Assembly: GCF_018350175.1 (NCBI RefSeq)
Contig: NC_058372.1
Span: 48,052,001 to 48,116,000, forward strand
Direction of reading: 5' to 3'
From: Felis catus
Lineage: Eukaryota
Length of the DNA: 64,000 nt
The number at the start of each line of letters is the position of its first letter. The first letter of the stretch is position 1. The notes beneath the pieces were generated by a model. That model was not told the origin of the DNA. It saw nothing but the letters and a program-made list of their open reading frames with translations, and did not search any database. The position numbers and the translations under genes were made by a program. Shown piece after piece: positions 1 to 11,800 of this stretch.

Positions 1-240
1 CACCTGGGTGGCTTGGTCGGTTAAGCGTCCGACCGGCTCAGGTCATGATCTCACGGTCCGTGAGTTTGAGCACCGTGTCAGGTTCTGTGCTGACCGCTCA
101 AAGCCTGGAGCCTGTTTCAGATTCTGTGTCTCCCTCTCTCTCTGCCCCTCCCCTGTTCATGCTCTGTCTCTCTCTGTCTCAAAAATAAATAAACATTAAA
201 AAAGAAAGAAAAAAAAGAAAAGAAAAAAAGAAGAAGAAAG
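1..240 (+). mobile_element. Can-SINE (SINEC, felid type), 5' end cut by window edge
   Basis: CACCTGGGTGGCTTGGTCGGTTAAGCGTCCGAC head, GGAGCCTGTTTCAGATTCTGTGTCTCC core, (CT)n, AATAAA, A-rich tail. Confidence 0.95.
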
Positions 241-582
241 AGGAATCAAACTACCTGACTTCAAGACTTCCTGTATAGCTGCTCTAATCAAAACTGTGAT
301 ACTGGTGAAGGGACAGGCACACTGTTCAATGGAACAGAATGGAGAATGTAGAGACAGGGCCATACAAATGTGTCCAGCTGAGGTTTGACAAAGGTGCAAA
401 ACCAATGCAATAGGAAAAATATCTCTCTCAACAAACAGTGCTGGAGCAACTGAACATTCATGGGGGGGGGGGGGGGGAAGAAAAAGAAAAGGAGAATGTC
501 TACCTAAATATCACATCTCACATAAAAAATAGTTCAAAATGGATCACAGACTTAAAGGTAAGATTAAAATTATTAACTTTTA

Positions 583-786
583 GGGGCACCTCGGTGGCTC
601 AGTCGGTTAAGCCTCCGACTTCGGCTCAGGTTATGATCTCGCGGTTCGTGAGTCCAAGCCCTATGTCAGGCTCTGTGCTGACAGCTCAGAGACTGGAGCC
701 TGCTTTGGATTCTGTGTCTCTGTCTCTCTCTGCTCCTCTCCCACTTGTGCTCTGTCTCTGTCTATCAAAAATAAATAAAATGCAAA
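583..786 (+). mobile_element. Can-SINE inserted in L1
   Basis: Full head, core and tail; TSD AAAATTATTAACTTTTA at 566-582 and 787-803. Confidence 0.95.
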
Positions 787-1912
787 AAAATTATTAACTT
801 TTAGGGGAAACTATAGAAGAAAGTTGTTGACATCCACAGATAGGCAAAGATTTCTTAGACTTGACACCAAAGCACAATCCATAAAAGAAAACTACTGATA
901 AATAAACTGGATTTCATCAAAACTTTAAACTTTGTTCTGTGAAAGACCATTTTAAGAAGATGAAAGGACCCACAGAAAAGATTTGCAAATCACATAGCCA
1001 ACAAAGGACTCTATATATATAAAAATAAAAATACAATTAGAAAATGGGCAAAAGATATGAACAGACATTTCACAGAAGATCTGAAGACATTTGTTTTCAT
1101 TAGCCATTAGGGAAATGCAAATTTAAAACATATGGAATATTACTACACACCCATCAGAATGTCTAAAATAAAAAATAGTGACAATACCAAATGCTGGTGA
1201 GGATAGAAATAAACCAGTTCCATAACAAATTGCTGGTGGAAGTTAAAATGATACAGCTACTCTGGAAAACACTGTGGCAGTTTCTTTCAAATATACATGT
1301 GCATGTATGTGCGACTCCCATAGAACCCAGGAATTATACTCCTGGGCATTTACTCCAAAGACGTGAAAAGTTACCTTCACATAAAAAGCTGTTCACAAAT
1401 GTTCAACGTAGGTTTATGACTAATAGCCAAAAAAACAGAACCAACTCAGATGTCCTTCAGTGGAGGAAATTTAAACAAACTGTGATACCTCCATTCCACA
1501 GAATACTTTTCAACAATAAAAAAGAATGAGTTATTGAAACACACAATAACTTGGATGAATAGCTAGAGAAAAAGCTAATCCCAAAGGCTGCATACTGTAG
1601 GAGTCCATCTATAGAATATTCTTGAAATGACAATATTGTAGCCAAAGAGATACATTAGTGGTCCCCAGGGGTTAAAGATGAGGAGGGGAATTGGTGAGGG
1701 TAAAGCAGGTGTGACCATAAAAAAACCAACATGACAGATCCTCATGATAATAGAAATGTTTTGCTTCTTGACTGTAGAAATGTCAATACACTATTTGTGA
1801 TATTGTACTATATAGTTTTGCAGGATATTACCATAGGGGAAAAATGGGTAAAGGGTACATGGATGTCTGTCTATTATTTCTCACAAGTGCATGTGAATCT
1901 ATAATTATCTCA

Positions 1913-2113
1913 GGGCGCCTGGGTGGCTCAGGTGGTTAGGTGTCCAACTTCAGCTCAGGTCATGATCTCACAGTTTATGGATTTGAGCCTCTCATCGGGC
2001 TCACTGCTGTTTAGCACAGAGCCCACTTCAGATCCTCTGTCCCTCCCCAGCTCACACTCTCTTTCTTTGTCTCTCAAAAACTAATAAACATTTTTTTTAA
2101 TTTAATAAAAATA
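1913..2113 (+). mobile_element. Can-SINE inserted at L1MC 3' end
   Basis: GGGCGCCTGGGTGGCTCAG head; degenerate TSD TATAATTATCTCA (1900-1912) / TATAATCATCTCA (2114-2126). Confidence 0.93.
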
Positions 2114-2579
2114 TATAATCATCTCAAAATGAGTTTACTTTAAATATATGAAGCAAATTATGAGATAGTTTGACATAATTTTATTTTTTAATGTTAGATT
2201 TATACCATTTCTCAATGATTTTCACTTTGTGTAACTCATAAAGATACATATATATTTTTCAATTGTGTATCACTCTTGTACTTTAATTAAGTGAGATAAT
2301 AAACTCTCAAAAGCTTTTTGAAGCATAAAATCCCACTTAAACATGAGTCTTTCCCAAATGGCATATACTTTAGGTATATCATCTCACTGTATAATCAAAA
2401 GCCAAATGATACAGTACTTCTCTTCACGTCCACTGTGTAAATGAGGAAAACAGGAGTTGGAAAAATTGGTGTCATTGATAAATTCTTTATAATTAGTTAA
2501 TAAACAAACTTGGAGCAGAACCCCACTTTTATATAATCTGTATTTAGAGTTGCCATCAGCAGAGTAGAATGAGAATAGG

Positions 2580-2650
2580 ATACTTTGCTGATGGGGATGT
2601 AAAATGGTATAGCCCCTTTGGAAACCAGTTTGGCAATTTCTTAAAAAACA
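2580..2650 (+). mobile_element. Short old L1 fragment
   Basis: TGCTGATGGGGATGTAAAATGGTATAGCCCCTTTGGAAACCAGTTTGGCAATTTCTTAAAA matches the common L1 ORF2-end motif. Confidence 0.75.
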
Positions 2651-2749
2651 AAACAAAACAAAAAAACGAAGCAGGAAACTACCAAAGAACTGGAGAGTAA
2701 ATGTGAAAGAGTTGACAAAGCAGATAAAAGCCATTCTGTGTCTGGTGGA

Positions 2750-3590
2750 GATATGAAAAAAATAGAAGAAAGCTAAGGCAAGAGGTCAGTCATGAGCATC
2801 TGTAAGGGAAATGGATGTTGGGGATGTGAAAGCATCCAAGTAGATCTAAGGAAAATCTGAAGCCATGAATAATGTACCCTTCCTGAACATGGCATACAGA
2901 AGGCAGCAAACATCTTTGAGAAGGCAGGAAGGAGGCATGATGCTACCGTCAACATGGTAGCAGGCGGGAACTTACAAATAAGTGAGGTACTTCCTTAGGT
3001 GGTTGCTCAGAGCCTTGCAGGATCTTGAGACTCCAGAGTGATGTAGAAGTAGTAGCCTAAAGAGGGGCATGGAGGCTCTCGGAGAATCAGAGTCCTAAAA
3101 CACGTCCTGGATCAAGATGGATCACAAGCTAGCTCTCAGAAACCTTACAGCCAGAGATTAAGACAGTGGTCACGTGCTTTAGTAACAAAGGTTGGAGCAA
3201 TGTCCAAGAGAAGTGAGTGACATCAGCCACCTACCACTGAATACCAGTTCCAGAAGTCCAGAGACAAGACCAAACCAACCATTCCAAACTGGCAGCACCA
3301 TACCTGAGGCCAAAGAAGAGAGCGAAGATGTACACAGGTGCATGCCGATGGAATCATGGTGAATTAACATTTCCCTGCACCAGACACCATTCTGGGGAGG
3401 AGGACAGGAAAGGAAGTTTCCTTTAGAGAAGAAAAATCCTCAGTATGTGTTAGCTTTGAACTGACTGAGAGGTTACTCAAATGAATCTAAATATTTACCC
3501 GAAAGATACTGTTTTAAGTAAAAAAAATAAATAAATAAAGTCATTTTTGTTTGTAAAAAGTACCTTTTCATCCCCCATGAGGTGCATGGG
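2750..3590 (+). mobile_element. Possible ancient LTR (MamGypLTR-like); boundaries uncertain
   Basis: Purine-rich block ending TTACCCGAAAGATACTG...AATAAAGTCATTTTTGTTTG, reminiscent of old Gypsy-like LTR 3' ends (recall only). Confidence 0.3.
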
Positions 3591-4127
3591 TCTCCAAAGC
3601 AAAACAACAAACCCAAAAAAACAAACCAACATTATTTCCAAAATATTTTGTGAGATACTTTGCTGAGCCAAGGATCAGCTACAAATATTTGTGATACACG
3701 GCTTCTCCCCTTGTGATATGTTTCAAGTGACAACCCTGCATGATATTAAAGTTTTAGGAGGAGAATCAAAACAAGGCAAAAGCTGTTTGATGTTCTCTGA
3801 AGACGGCAAGTCCTAATTGCAACTAGCACCATGCTACAAGTGGGAAGGGACGTACACTTAATCTCTTGCTCACACTTGTCCAGATAAGCCATCTTGGATT
3901 TTTGAAAAGTAAAGAAAATAACATAACCTAACAAAATAATTTTTACTATCACCTAATTTATAGATATCACTCTTTAAAAGAACCCCTTCCTAGTCCTTGG
4001 AACGCTAAGGAGTTTCTCCACCTGTATGTTTACATTTTGGATACACACAAAAGCCTCAGGGGGCATATAGGAAAACCGGCCAGAGTGTTCTATCTTCCCT
4101 GACTCAGATCTGACTCAGGCAAATGAC

Positions 4128-4314
4128 TTTTTTTTTTAAGATTATTTATTTATTTTGAGAGATAGAGAGAGCAAGCAGGGGAGGGGCAGAGAGAGAGTGT
4201 GTGTGTGTGTGAGAGAATCCCCAATGTAGGTCTCAAACTCACAAACTGTGACATCATGACCTGAGCCAAAATCAAGAGCCGGCCACTTAATTCACTGAGC
4301 CACCCAGGTACCCC
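4128..4314 (-). mobile_element. Can-SINE (older, internally deleted)
   Basis: Poly-T, TTTATTTATTTTGAGAGA, ...CATGACCTGAGCC...CTGAGCCACCCAGGTACCCC; flanked by GCAAATGAC direct repeats. Confidence 0.92.
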
Positions 4315-4559
4315 AAGCAAATGACATTTGACAGCAGTAATTATTGTAACCCTTTCCCTTTAAGTAGCACAGTTTAACAAAGCCTATTTGCCATGAACAT
4401 TTGGATGCAGATACTTAGATGTAAGGTATCTAAAGATGGAAATACAACTTTTTAAACCACAAATTCTGTGTCCAACAGATAATTCTGCCCCACCCCCTCA
4501 TCTTCGTATACCCCTCACCCACCAATAACTCCAGAATGTATTTGCAATTCTCAAAACTT

Positions 4560-5478
4560 CCTTCTAAGATCTAGACTGATCTCCTTATTTGATACTTCGA
4601 CTCAGATGACTCTCAAGCATCTTAAGTTTAAAATGTTCAGAATTGAATTTTTCCCTCTTTCTCCACAAAATGACCTTCTCCAGTGTTCTCTATCTCTGAC
4701 TATCCAGGTGCTCATACCAGAAACCCAGGAGCCATACTTGCCACTTTCCTCCCCTTCGCATACTCCTATGCATTATCAAGTTACAGCCATTTCATTCTCA
4801 GATTAGATCGTAAATCTGCCCAGTTCTCTCCACTTCCACTATCACCATCCTGGTGTAGGTCACCATCAAACTGGACTCATACTACCCTCATATCAGGTCT
4901 GCCTCATACCATTCCTGTCTACCTCCAATCCATTCTCCATATTATGAAAGTAATCTCTTAAATATACAATCACTCTCCTACTCAAACTCCTAAATGGATT
5001 CTCACTGATCTAACCTCCTTTCCTTTACCTTTGAGACCTTTCATCATCTGGCCCTATTACTTCTTTACCATCTTGTTCCTCATTCACCCTCACCTACTTC
5101 ACCAGACATGCTGGCCTTCTTTAAGTCCCCCAAAGGTCCAAGAGTGTTCCCTCTCAGGACCTGTGCAGAGACTTTTTTTACCTAATTCTTTATCAACTTC
5201 CATGTTACAGTCTAAACTCTCCTTTATAAAGAGGGTCTCCCCTGACCCTCCTTTCTAAATTAAGTAGTCCATTATACTCTCTTAATGCTAATCTTTTTTT
5301 TTCCTTTATAGCAAGCACTACTCAGTGTGTAATTACTTGCTTCTGTGCTTATTAAAGTCTCTCCTGCTAGCTGTAAGTTCCGTAAGAGTAGGGACACTAT
5401 TTTGTATACTATTGCAATTCTAGAAATCTAGCACAAAGAAGTTTCTCAGTAAATATCTAATGAATAAATGAATGAATT
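4560..5478 (+). mobile_element. L2 LINE 3' portion
   Basis: Pyrimidine-rich; AAGCATCTTAAGTTTAAAATGTTCAGAATTGAA, CTCCAATCCATTCTCCA, TGTAAGTTCCGTAAGAGTAGGGAC, terminal CTCAGTAAATATCTAATGAATAAATGAATGAAT. Confidence 0.8.
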
Positions 5479-5873
5479 AATAATAAATTAAGGAGTTGTT
5501 TGTCACCTGAGAGAAGAATAGCAATATGAGTTTAAAAGGATAAATTAAATAATCAAGTAAATAGACAAAAGTTTTCTACCTGTTGGAGATCACCAAGAGG
5601 ATGTAACTGTCAGTTGGCTCAGGAACTGGATCCAGGCAATTGGAACTTCCTCACACACCTCCCTTATCCTTAAAACGTGTGTTCCGCTTGCCTCCCCACA
5701 ACCCACCTGGAGAAGCTGCCACAAGGGTAGAGCCTTGAGGTAGTAATGTTTTGTTGAGATTTTCGGGACAGTACACATGACTGAACCCAGTTAAGTTTCC
5801 TTGCTGTTGGTTCAAAACCTCCTCCAGAAGCTTCCCGAGAATAATCTCAAACTGGCCCGTGTTGCACAGAAGG

Positions 5874-5946
5874 CAGGGAGACACAGAAGAAAGAGAAAAG
5901 ATAATTTATAAACAGAGGAACAGGGAGACACAGAAGAAAGAGAAAA
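5874..5946 (+). repeat. 26-bp exact direct repeat CAGGGAGACACAGAAGAAAGAGAAAA
   Basis: Copies at 5874-5899 and 5921-5946. Confidence 0.9.
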
Positions 5947-5948
5947 CA

Positions 5949-6075
5949 GGGTGCCTGGGTGGCTCAGTCAGTTAAGTGTCCAACTGCAGCTCAGGTCATG
6001 ATCTCACGGTTTGTGAGTTTGAGCCCTGCCCCCCTCTCTCTCAAAAACAAATTTTAAATAAAGAAATAAACAAGA
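5949..6075 (+). mobile_element. Can-SINE with central deletion
   Basis: Head to GAGCCC joined directly to TGCCCCCCTCTCTCTCAAAA tail. Confidence 0.88.
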
Positions 6076-6170
6076 GAACTTACAAATGAGGCTTGTCTTG
6101 AGCCGCCACAAGAGGAGTAGATCTCCACACCTTTCCACCAGAATCATAAATGTTTAAACAGAGGCTTTAA

Positions 6171-6192
6171 TTTTTTTTAGTGTTTATTTGTT

Positions 6193-6249
<57 letters not shown>

Positions 6250-6378
6250 CAGACAGAAGGTCTGAAGCAGGCTCCGTGCTGACAGCAGAGTCCGATGTGG
6301 GGCTCAAACTCACAAATCGTGAGACCATGACCTGAGCCGAAGTCAGTTGCTTACCTACACTGAGCCACCCAGGTGTCC
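6171..6378 (-). mobile_element. Can-SINE with expanded (GA)n at ~6196-6247
   Basis: Perfect 16-bp TSD TAAACAGAGGCTTTAA at 6155-6170 and 6380-6395. Confidence 0.95.
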
Positions 6379-6753
6379 ATAAACAGAGGCTTTAACTGGG
6401 CTCAGCCACATATACCACCCAGATGTCTCAACATCACATCACGATCTCAAGACTATGTCCTTGGGGCAGCTTCTGGGAGTGGGAAAGGCAAATGAAATGC
6501 ACATTCTAAGGATGGGAGGAGGGAGTAAAAGAGCCTCTGATCACTCAGGTCCAGCTCTGGGGTCATCTAGTGGTCACGTTCTCTCAATGACCTCCTCCAA
6601 CACTTAACCTCTTAAAACTACCAATCTAAAGTGGCCTGCCTTTTTCTTCAGTTTCCCCCGTCCTTGTGTACAGGGGACAGTTTGTGAACAAACTGCACTG
6701 AAATTAAGGAAACCAATACATATATCCAGCTCCTATAAAACCTAACTGAAACT

Positions 6754-7246
6754 GGGGGCACGTGGGTGGCTTAGTCGGTTAAGTACTCGACTTCGGCTTA
6801 GGTCATGATCTCACAGCTTGTGGGTTCAAGCCCCGTGTCAGACTCTGTGCTGACAGCTTGGAGCCTGGAGCCTGCTTCAGATTCTGTGTGTGTGTGTCTC
6901 TCTCTCTTTCTCTCTCTGTCTCTCTCTCTCTCTCACTCTGCCCTCCCCTGCTAGCACTCTGTCTCTCTCTCAAGAATAAATAAATATTTTTAAAAACCTT
7001 TTTAGGGGCGCCTGGGTGGCGCAGTCGGTTAAGCGTCCGACTTCAGCCAGGTCACGATCTCGCGGTCCGTGAGTTCGAGCCCCGTGTCGGCTCTGGGCTG
7101 ATGGCTCGGAGCCTGGAGCCTGTTTCTGATTCTGTGTCTCCCTCTCTCTCTGCCCCTCCCCCGTTCATGCTCTGTCTCTCTCTGTCCCAAAAATAAATAA
7201 AAAAAAAAAACGTTGAAAAAAAAATTTCAGTTTAAAAACCTTTTTA
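6754..7246 (+). mobile_element. Can-SINE hosting a younger SINE in its tail
   Basis: Outer TSD AAAACCTAACTGAAACT (6737-6753) / AAAACCTAGCTGAAACT (7247-7263). Confidence 0.93.
7005..7230 (+). mobile_element. Young CpG-rich felid Can-SINE, nested
   Basis: GGGGCGCCTGGGTGGCGCAGTCGGTTAAGCGTCCGACTTCAGCCAGGTCACG; perfect TSD TTTAAAAACCTTTTTA at 6989-7004 and 7231-7246. Confidence 0.96.
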
Positions 7247-8711
7247 AAAACCTAGCTGAAACTCAATCAGTGATGTTTATAAGTGAATAAAAGACCAATG
7301 ACCCATTTACAAGATGTCCAAATATATGCATATTTCAGGAAACTGATTTCCATGATCAGTGCAAATTTGGTTAATCTGGTAGTCAAGTATGTTATATGTC
7401 AATGTTGAGTATATATATTGCTTTTGTTACAGCTTATAAAACATATGTAAAAAATAAATTTCAAATCAATCTTCCATAGAGTCCCTTATAGGAATCCCAT
7501 AGAATAAAAGGTGAAATTCATGCTCAGATACCAACATGTTTTTCTAGAGGTAAAAATAGTTGTGATAAAACTTCCTCACATAAATTACTGGCAGTACGCT
7601 ATTGGAGAGAAGAGTTAAAACATTGGTGAGTATAATAAATCTTACGTCAACATTTATATTTCACTATGGTGGATACTGATAGTAAAGCTGTGCTAAAAAG
7701 TAAAATCATTTTTAAAACTGAACCAATTAGAAAGCAATAGATCATTTCCTTAAAAAAGAAGACTGTATTCTTATTCATAGAAATGTTTTCATTAGTAGAA
7801 AAAGAATCAACATTTTAGTGCACAAAATGATGATAATTTTGCCCTAATCCCACTATTTAGCCAATTTAAATCTCCTCTGATTAAAGATAATTCCAGCATT
7901 TTAAAGATCAAAGCTTCTCTGCTGGTTGATTAGTTTCTAGGTCCTAATTTTACACTCTTAGTCAAACCATACAGTCTTAAAAAAAAAAAATCTAAATTTG
8001 AAAAAGCAGGAATATTACCTCTCCCAACAAAAAAATAAATAATTGTCCTTACATGAGATCACTCTTCCAGAAAGTGATAAATGCCAGTCAAAGTACACAT
8101 CAATTATCCCCCTCCATGCTCTGTAGCTGAAACTCCCCACTTTTCTTGGCCAGGAACCCTTATATTGAACACAAAGCTATAAAAGTGATGCTATTTCCAT
8201 GAAAGCCTCTCCAAACCCCAGAATATGTAATAAATATCCTTCCTTCTATCACCCCACATTTCAAAATATATAATTCATGAGCTATTATTTCAAAATAGTC
8301 CTTCAAAATCCTTAATTCTTTAAATGAGAAAACAGATTACTTCCTTTAAATAACAATTATTTTTTCTTATCCTTAACTAACAGAAACTGAAGTTCAAAGA
8401 GTTTAGCAAATTGTGCAGAACTCTTTAACCTAGATTGTTATTTGGCTCTAAAAAGCCATGCTTTATTTTACTCTATTACTAGATGCCTCCTAAAATGTTA
8501 CCTGACCCTTCTTTTCCCAAGTACGAGGACACAGCTTCCTCTCATTGTCTATATAAAACCAATATACCTTCTTTAACTGAGTCAACTTCTTTATTACAGT
8601 CTTTACAAGTCCTTTACAGAATTAGTCAAGCATATAGTTAACACCTAGATATGCATAGTCTACTGAGATCGGTGGCATCTGTTCACAAAGGGCAAAATCC
8701 ATGTTACTAAC

Positions 8712-8786
8712 CTTGCACAGCATCCACGACAAAGAGATTGGTGCTTATCAAGCTCTTTTTGATGTGATTGACAATTCTAGGACCTC
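8712..8786 (-). other. Candidate 75-bp exon (unidentified gene)
   Basis: Minus strand TTTCTTAAATCTTCTAG| ... CAAG|GTTAGT; one open frame GPRIVNHIKKSLISTNLFVVDAVQ, not recognised. Confidence 0.25.
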
Positions 8787-9802
8787 CTAGAAGATTTAAG
8801 AAAGACAGCATTTGGGGCTTCCACAAATTCTGACATGTGAGGGGATTCACGGACTCCAAACCAATTCTGAAACTCCATGATACCAATTCAATTTCTTACG
8901 ATGTGAATATTCTCAAGTTTCCTTCTTTTTTCTTTACAGTGAAAGTTTTAGGAAGTTTATATGAATTAATAAAAATCCTGAGCTCTATGAAGCCAATCTA
9001 GCTTTGAACATGCTTTTATTGATCTTTCAGGTAAATCTACTGTGAATGTTATGAGCCAAACCCAGATCACCAACTTCAAACAGAATTGGAGTTACCTGTA
9101 GAGAGTTATGCTTGGCAGACAGGCTTTTACTAAAGCCAGCAGAGCAGAGGTGAGGATAAAAAAAAAAAAAAAAAAAAAAGTTGCTTAATTAACATTTTAG
9201 ATATGTTGTAGGTTGAGTGATTTAAGGCAGCTTATTAAATTCTCCCTGATGCATCCTAGAGGATATCAGTTTTCTTTCTTTTCTATATTAGAGATGTAAT
9301 CAATTTGTTTCTAATATCTAAACACACTAGCATAGGGAAGGTTTTTAATAAGCTGGGATTCTTTTTAGATTCATTCTGATCAGTCAGTTATCTTGCTTGA
9401 AGATACCAATTTTACTAGGGCCAATGCAATGGGAAAATACTTTCTCAACTCTCACTTCTTGGAAATAGCATTTCTCTAACACTAAAGGAAATATTTTCAT
9501 TCCCAATTTTGCATATGGATAAAAGAAACAATAACATGATTACTCATCCCTACCATCTCCAAAATTCATACTCATATCTATTTGGTACATGTTTCCATAT
9601 ATCAAAATGGATTCAACTCATAAGTCTTGGGACTCGAGAGGCATAACCCTGTCATACGGCCTTTTTCCTTGGCCTACACCTAATTTTGAATCTGCACCCA
9701 TCAAATAAGCCATGAAGTTCCTTGTAAGATCCATATGAAGAAAACTTTGACAACCATGCTAGGTCACAACACCCCAGTGAAAATCTCAGCCCAGCGATAT
9801 AC

Positions 9803-9968
9803 ATCAGCATGGTTAAGCACAGAGCCTTAAATACAGAGTACCTGGATATGGAACCTGTCTCCACTGCAAATGGGAGTATAACTTGGGCAATTGCCTTTAT
9901 CCCCCTCTGTCTGAGTTTCCTCATTCTGTAAAATGCAGATTACGATAGTAACAATTTCATAGTTATTT
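9803..9968 (+). mobile_element. MIR
   Basis: CAGCATGGTTAAGCACAGAG...ACTTGGGCAA...CTCTGTCTGAGTTTCCTCATTCTGTAAAATG core. Confidence 0.85.
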
Positions 9969-10399
9969 TGTTTTTTCTTGAAGAAAAAGAACAGCCACAG
10001 CCAGGTCCTGAAGAGAAAAACTCCTTGTTAACTCTGCAGCTAACATTTGTGCCTGTCAACTCAACCAAATGAATGGCCGGGAAGATTTTTGCTATCTCAT
10101 TACAAGCTAAATTCTAGCCGCTCAATATAAAAATAGACAGAGTATCAATAAAATTCTTATTTTCAAAAGATTTAAACATTTTCATAGCAAGCCTTGCTGC
10201 TTCTACTTTTGCTCCCTCTCCGTATTTTTATAGAACATATCCTACACCTTGTGCCACTTCTTCTGTAGTTACTTTCATGTTTCTCTAAAAGAGAAAAACT
10301 CTGCTCAAAATGGAAACCATATATCCACAAAAGCATGATAATACCTAAAAAAAAATGGCTTAATAACTTCAAATATCCCATGAATGCTCAAAAGATGCA

Positions 10400-11310
10400 T
10401 CATATTATAAATATTTTTAATCACTTATTGGTTTGAAGTGGGATCCAAATAAGGCCCACATATGGCAATTAAATATTAATCTATTAAGCCTCCTTTAATC
10501 TATGATTTTCTTTCTCCATCTCATTTATATTCTATTTGTTGACAAAATTAGGTACTCATTTTGTAGATTTTTCTACAATCTGGATTTTTCTGAGTGCATC
10601 CTGTGAAGCTTTTCTTGTGTTTGTTTTTAAATATGTTCCCCTGGTTTCTGTATTTCTTGTGAATTTGTAGTTGGACCTAAACACTCAGATTTAGGAGTGA
10701 TATCTTTGGGTATTTCCTAGTGGCTGGTATGTTGCTCCACTGGGGGCTTGTACCCACTAGTTGTCTCTCTTCTTATGATGGATGTTAACGATCATTAATG
10801 TGCAGTACACAGATCCATTAATTCATTAGGAGTTATAAAACACTGATATTTTAGTTCTATTTCTTCATTTATTAGATAATAAACTTCTATAAAAGCAATG
10901 TCCCCTTATCTACCATTTACTTGTACAGTAGTACAGTTGTATGTATATAAAAGGCAAAATAAATGCTCTATTCTATCCTTTGTTTTATTACCTTTCAAAT
11001 TAGTCCATCCTTTAATGATGACTGTTTCTTCATTAATATATACTAAAAACTCATAGATTGAAACATATTTGATGTACTTAATTCTATTGAAGTTATTACC
11101 CTTATTTATACTCAAATTGTCCCATGTTTGGCCAGAGAAAACCTTTCAAGTTGTCTCTTGAGTCTTTTTACACAAAGCTAGTAGTCTTTGACAGTTCCCT
11201 TTGGTATCCGCTGCAATAAAATATCGAGGTTCATCTTGTACATTTCTACTTCAGACCTAGAATCACCCGTATCTCTAAAGAGTTCTTGTTTCTTTCAATA
11301 GGAAAAAGTA
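10400..11310 (-). mobile_element. Old L1 3' region (L1MC4/5-like)
   Basis: GGATCCAAATAAGGCCCACAT, AAATTGTCCCATGTTTGGCCAG, TTCATCTTGTACATTTC motifs; T-rich. Confidence 0.7.
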
Positions 11311-11364
11311 TAGCTGACAGAATACTCTACCATATTTTCTCTCCCTTTCCCTATCTGTGCTGCT

Positions 11365-11440
11365 ATGTTTGTATGTATATACATGTTTGTATGTGTATAC
11401 ATATGTATATATCTGTATGTGTGTGTATACATATATCTAT
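11365..11440. repeat. Degenerate (TA/TG)n
   Basis: TATGTTTGTATGTATATACATGTTTGTATGTGTATACATATGTATATA... Confidence 0.8.
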
Positions 11441-11800
11441 ACCATTTAAAAGCTGAAAAATTATGGATGGCACTTTATCCTTAAATATTTTAACACACAC
11501 CTCCTAAAGAACCAAAAGTCTCTTTGACCTAAGAAAATTAAGTTATTCTATAATAACATTTAATATTTAGTCCATATTTTAATTTCTCCAATTCTCCAAA
11601 TTTTAATTTTGTAACTGTTTTCTTTTGAGCAGAACCACGATCCAGTCTAGATTTTCACACTGCATTTTATTATATCTGTTTAGTCTCTTATAATCTACAA
11701 TAGCCTCACTCTTTTTGGTTTTCATGCTTTCAAGACATAAGATAGTTCTCCTGTAGAATGTTCCACCTTTTGGATTTTGGGATTGCTTAATCATGGCATT
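11440..11800 (-). mobile_element. Old L1 3' fragment (L1MC5-like)
   Basis: CCTTAAATATTTTAAC...CTCCTAAAGAACCAA, TAATATTTAGTCCATATTTTAATTTC, GATCCAGTCTAG...CACACTGCATTT, CTGTAGAATGTTCCAC. Confidence 0.65.

Larger units (their letters stand above)
241..2140 (+). mobile_element. Decayed L1 (L1MC-like): ORF2 3' end plus 3' UTR, interrupted by two SINEs
   Basis: GGAATCAAACTACCTGACTTCAAG...CAATGGAACAGAAT recalls the ORF2 GI-LPDFK...QWNR motif; ATTAGGGAAATGCAAAT; 3' end GGGTAAAGGGTACATGG...GCATGTGAATCTATAATTATCTC typical of L1MC; frame broken. Confidence 0.9.

Noticed and set aside
1191..1529. 112-aa ORF
   Set aside because: Lies in decayed L1 ORF2 and 3' UTR sequence; no intact L1 ORF
4409..4431. 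Small hairpins (AGATACTTA/TAAGGTATCT; also GCTTAAA/TTTAAGC at 23136-23150 and TTAGGT/ACCTAA near 63398-63410)
   Set aside because: Stems of 6-10 bp are expected by chance and are too short for a pre-miRNA
8920..9036. Plus-strand acceptor (TTCTTTACAG) and donor (CAG|GTAAAT) pair
   Set aside because: AT-rich, no recognisable peptide, opposite to the inferred gene strand; shows that chance splice pairs are common
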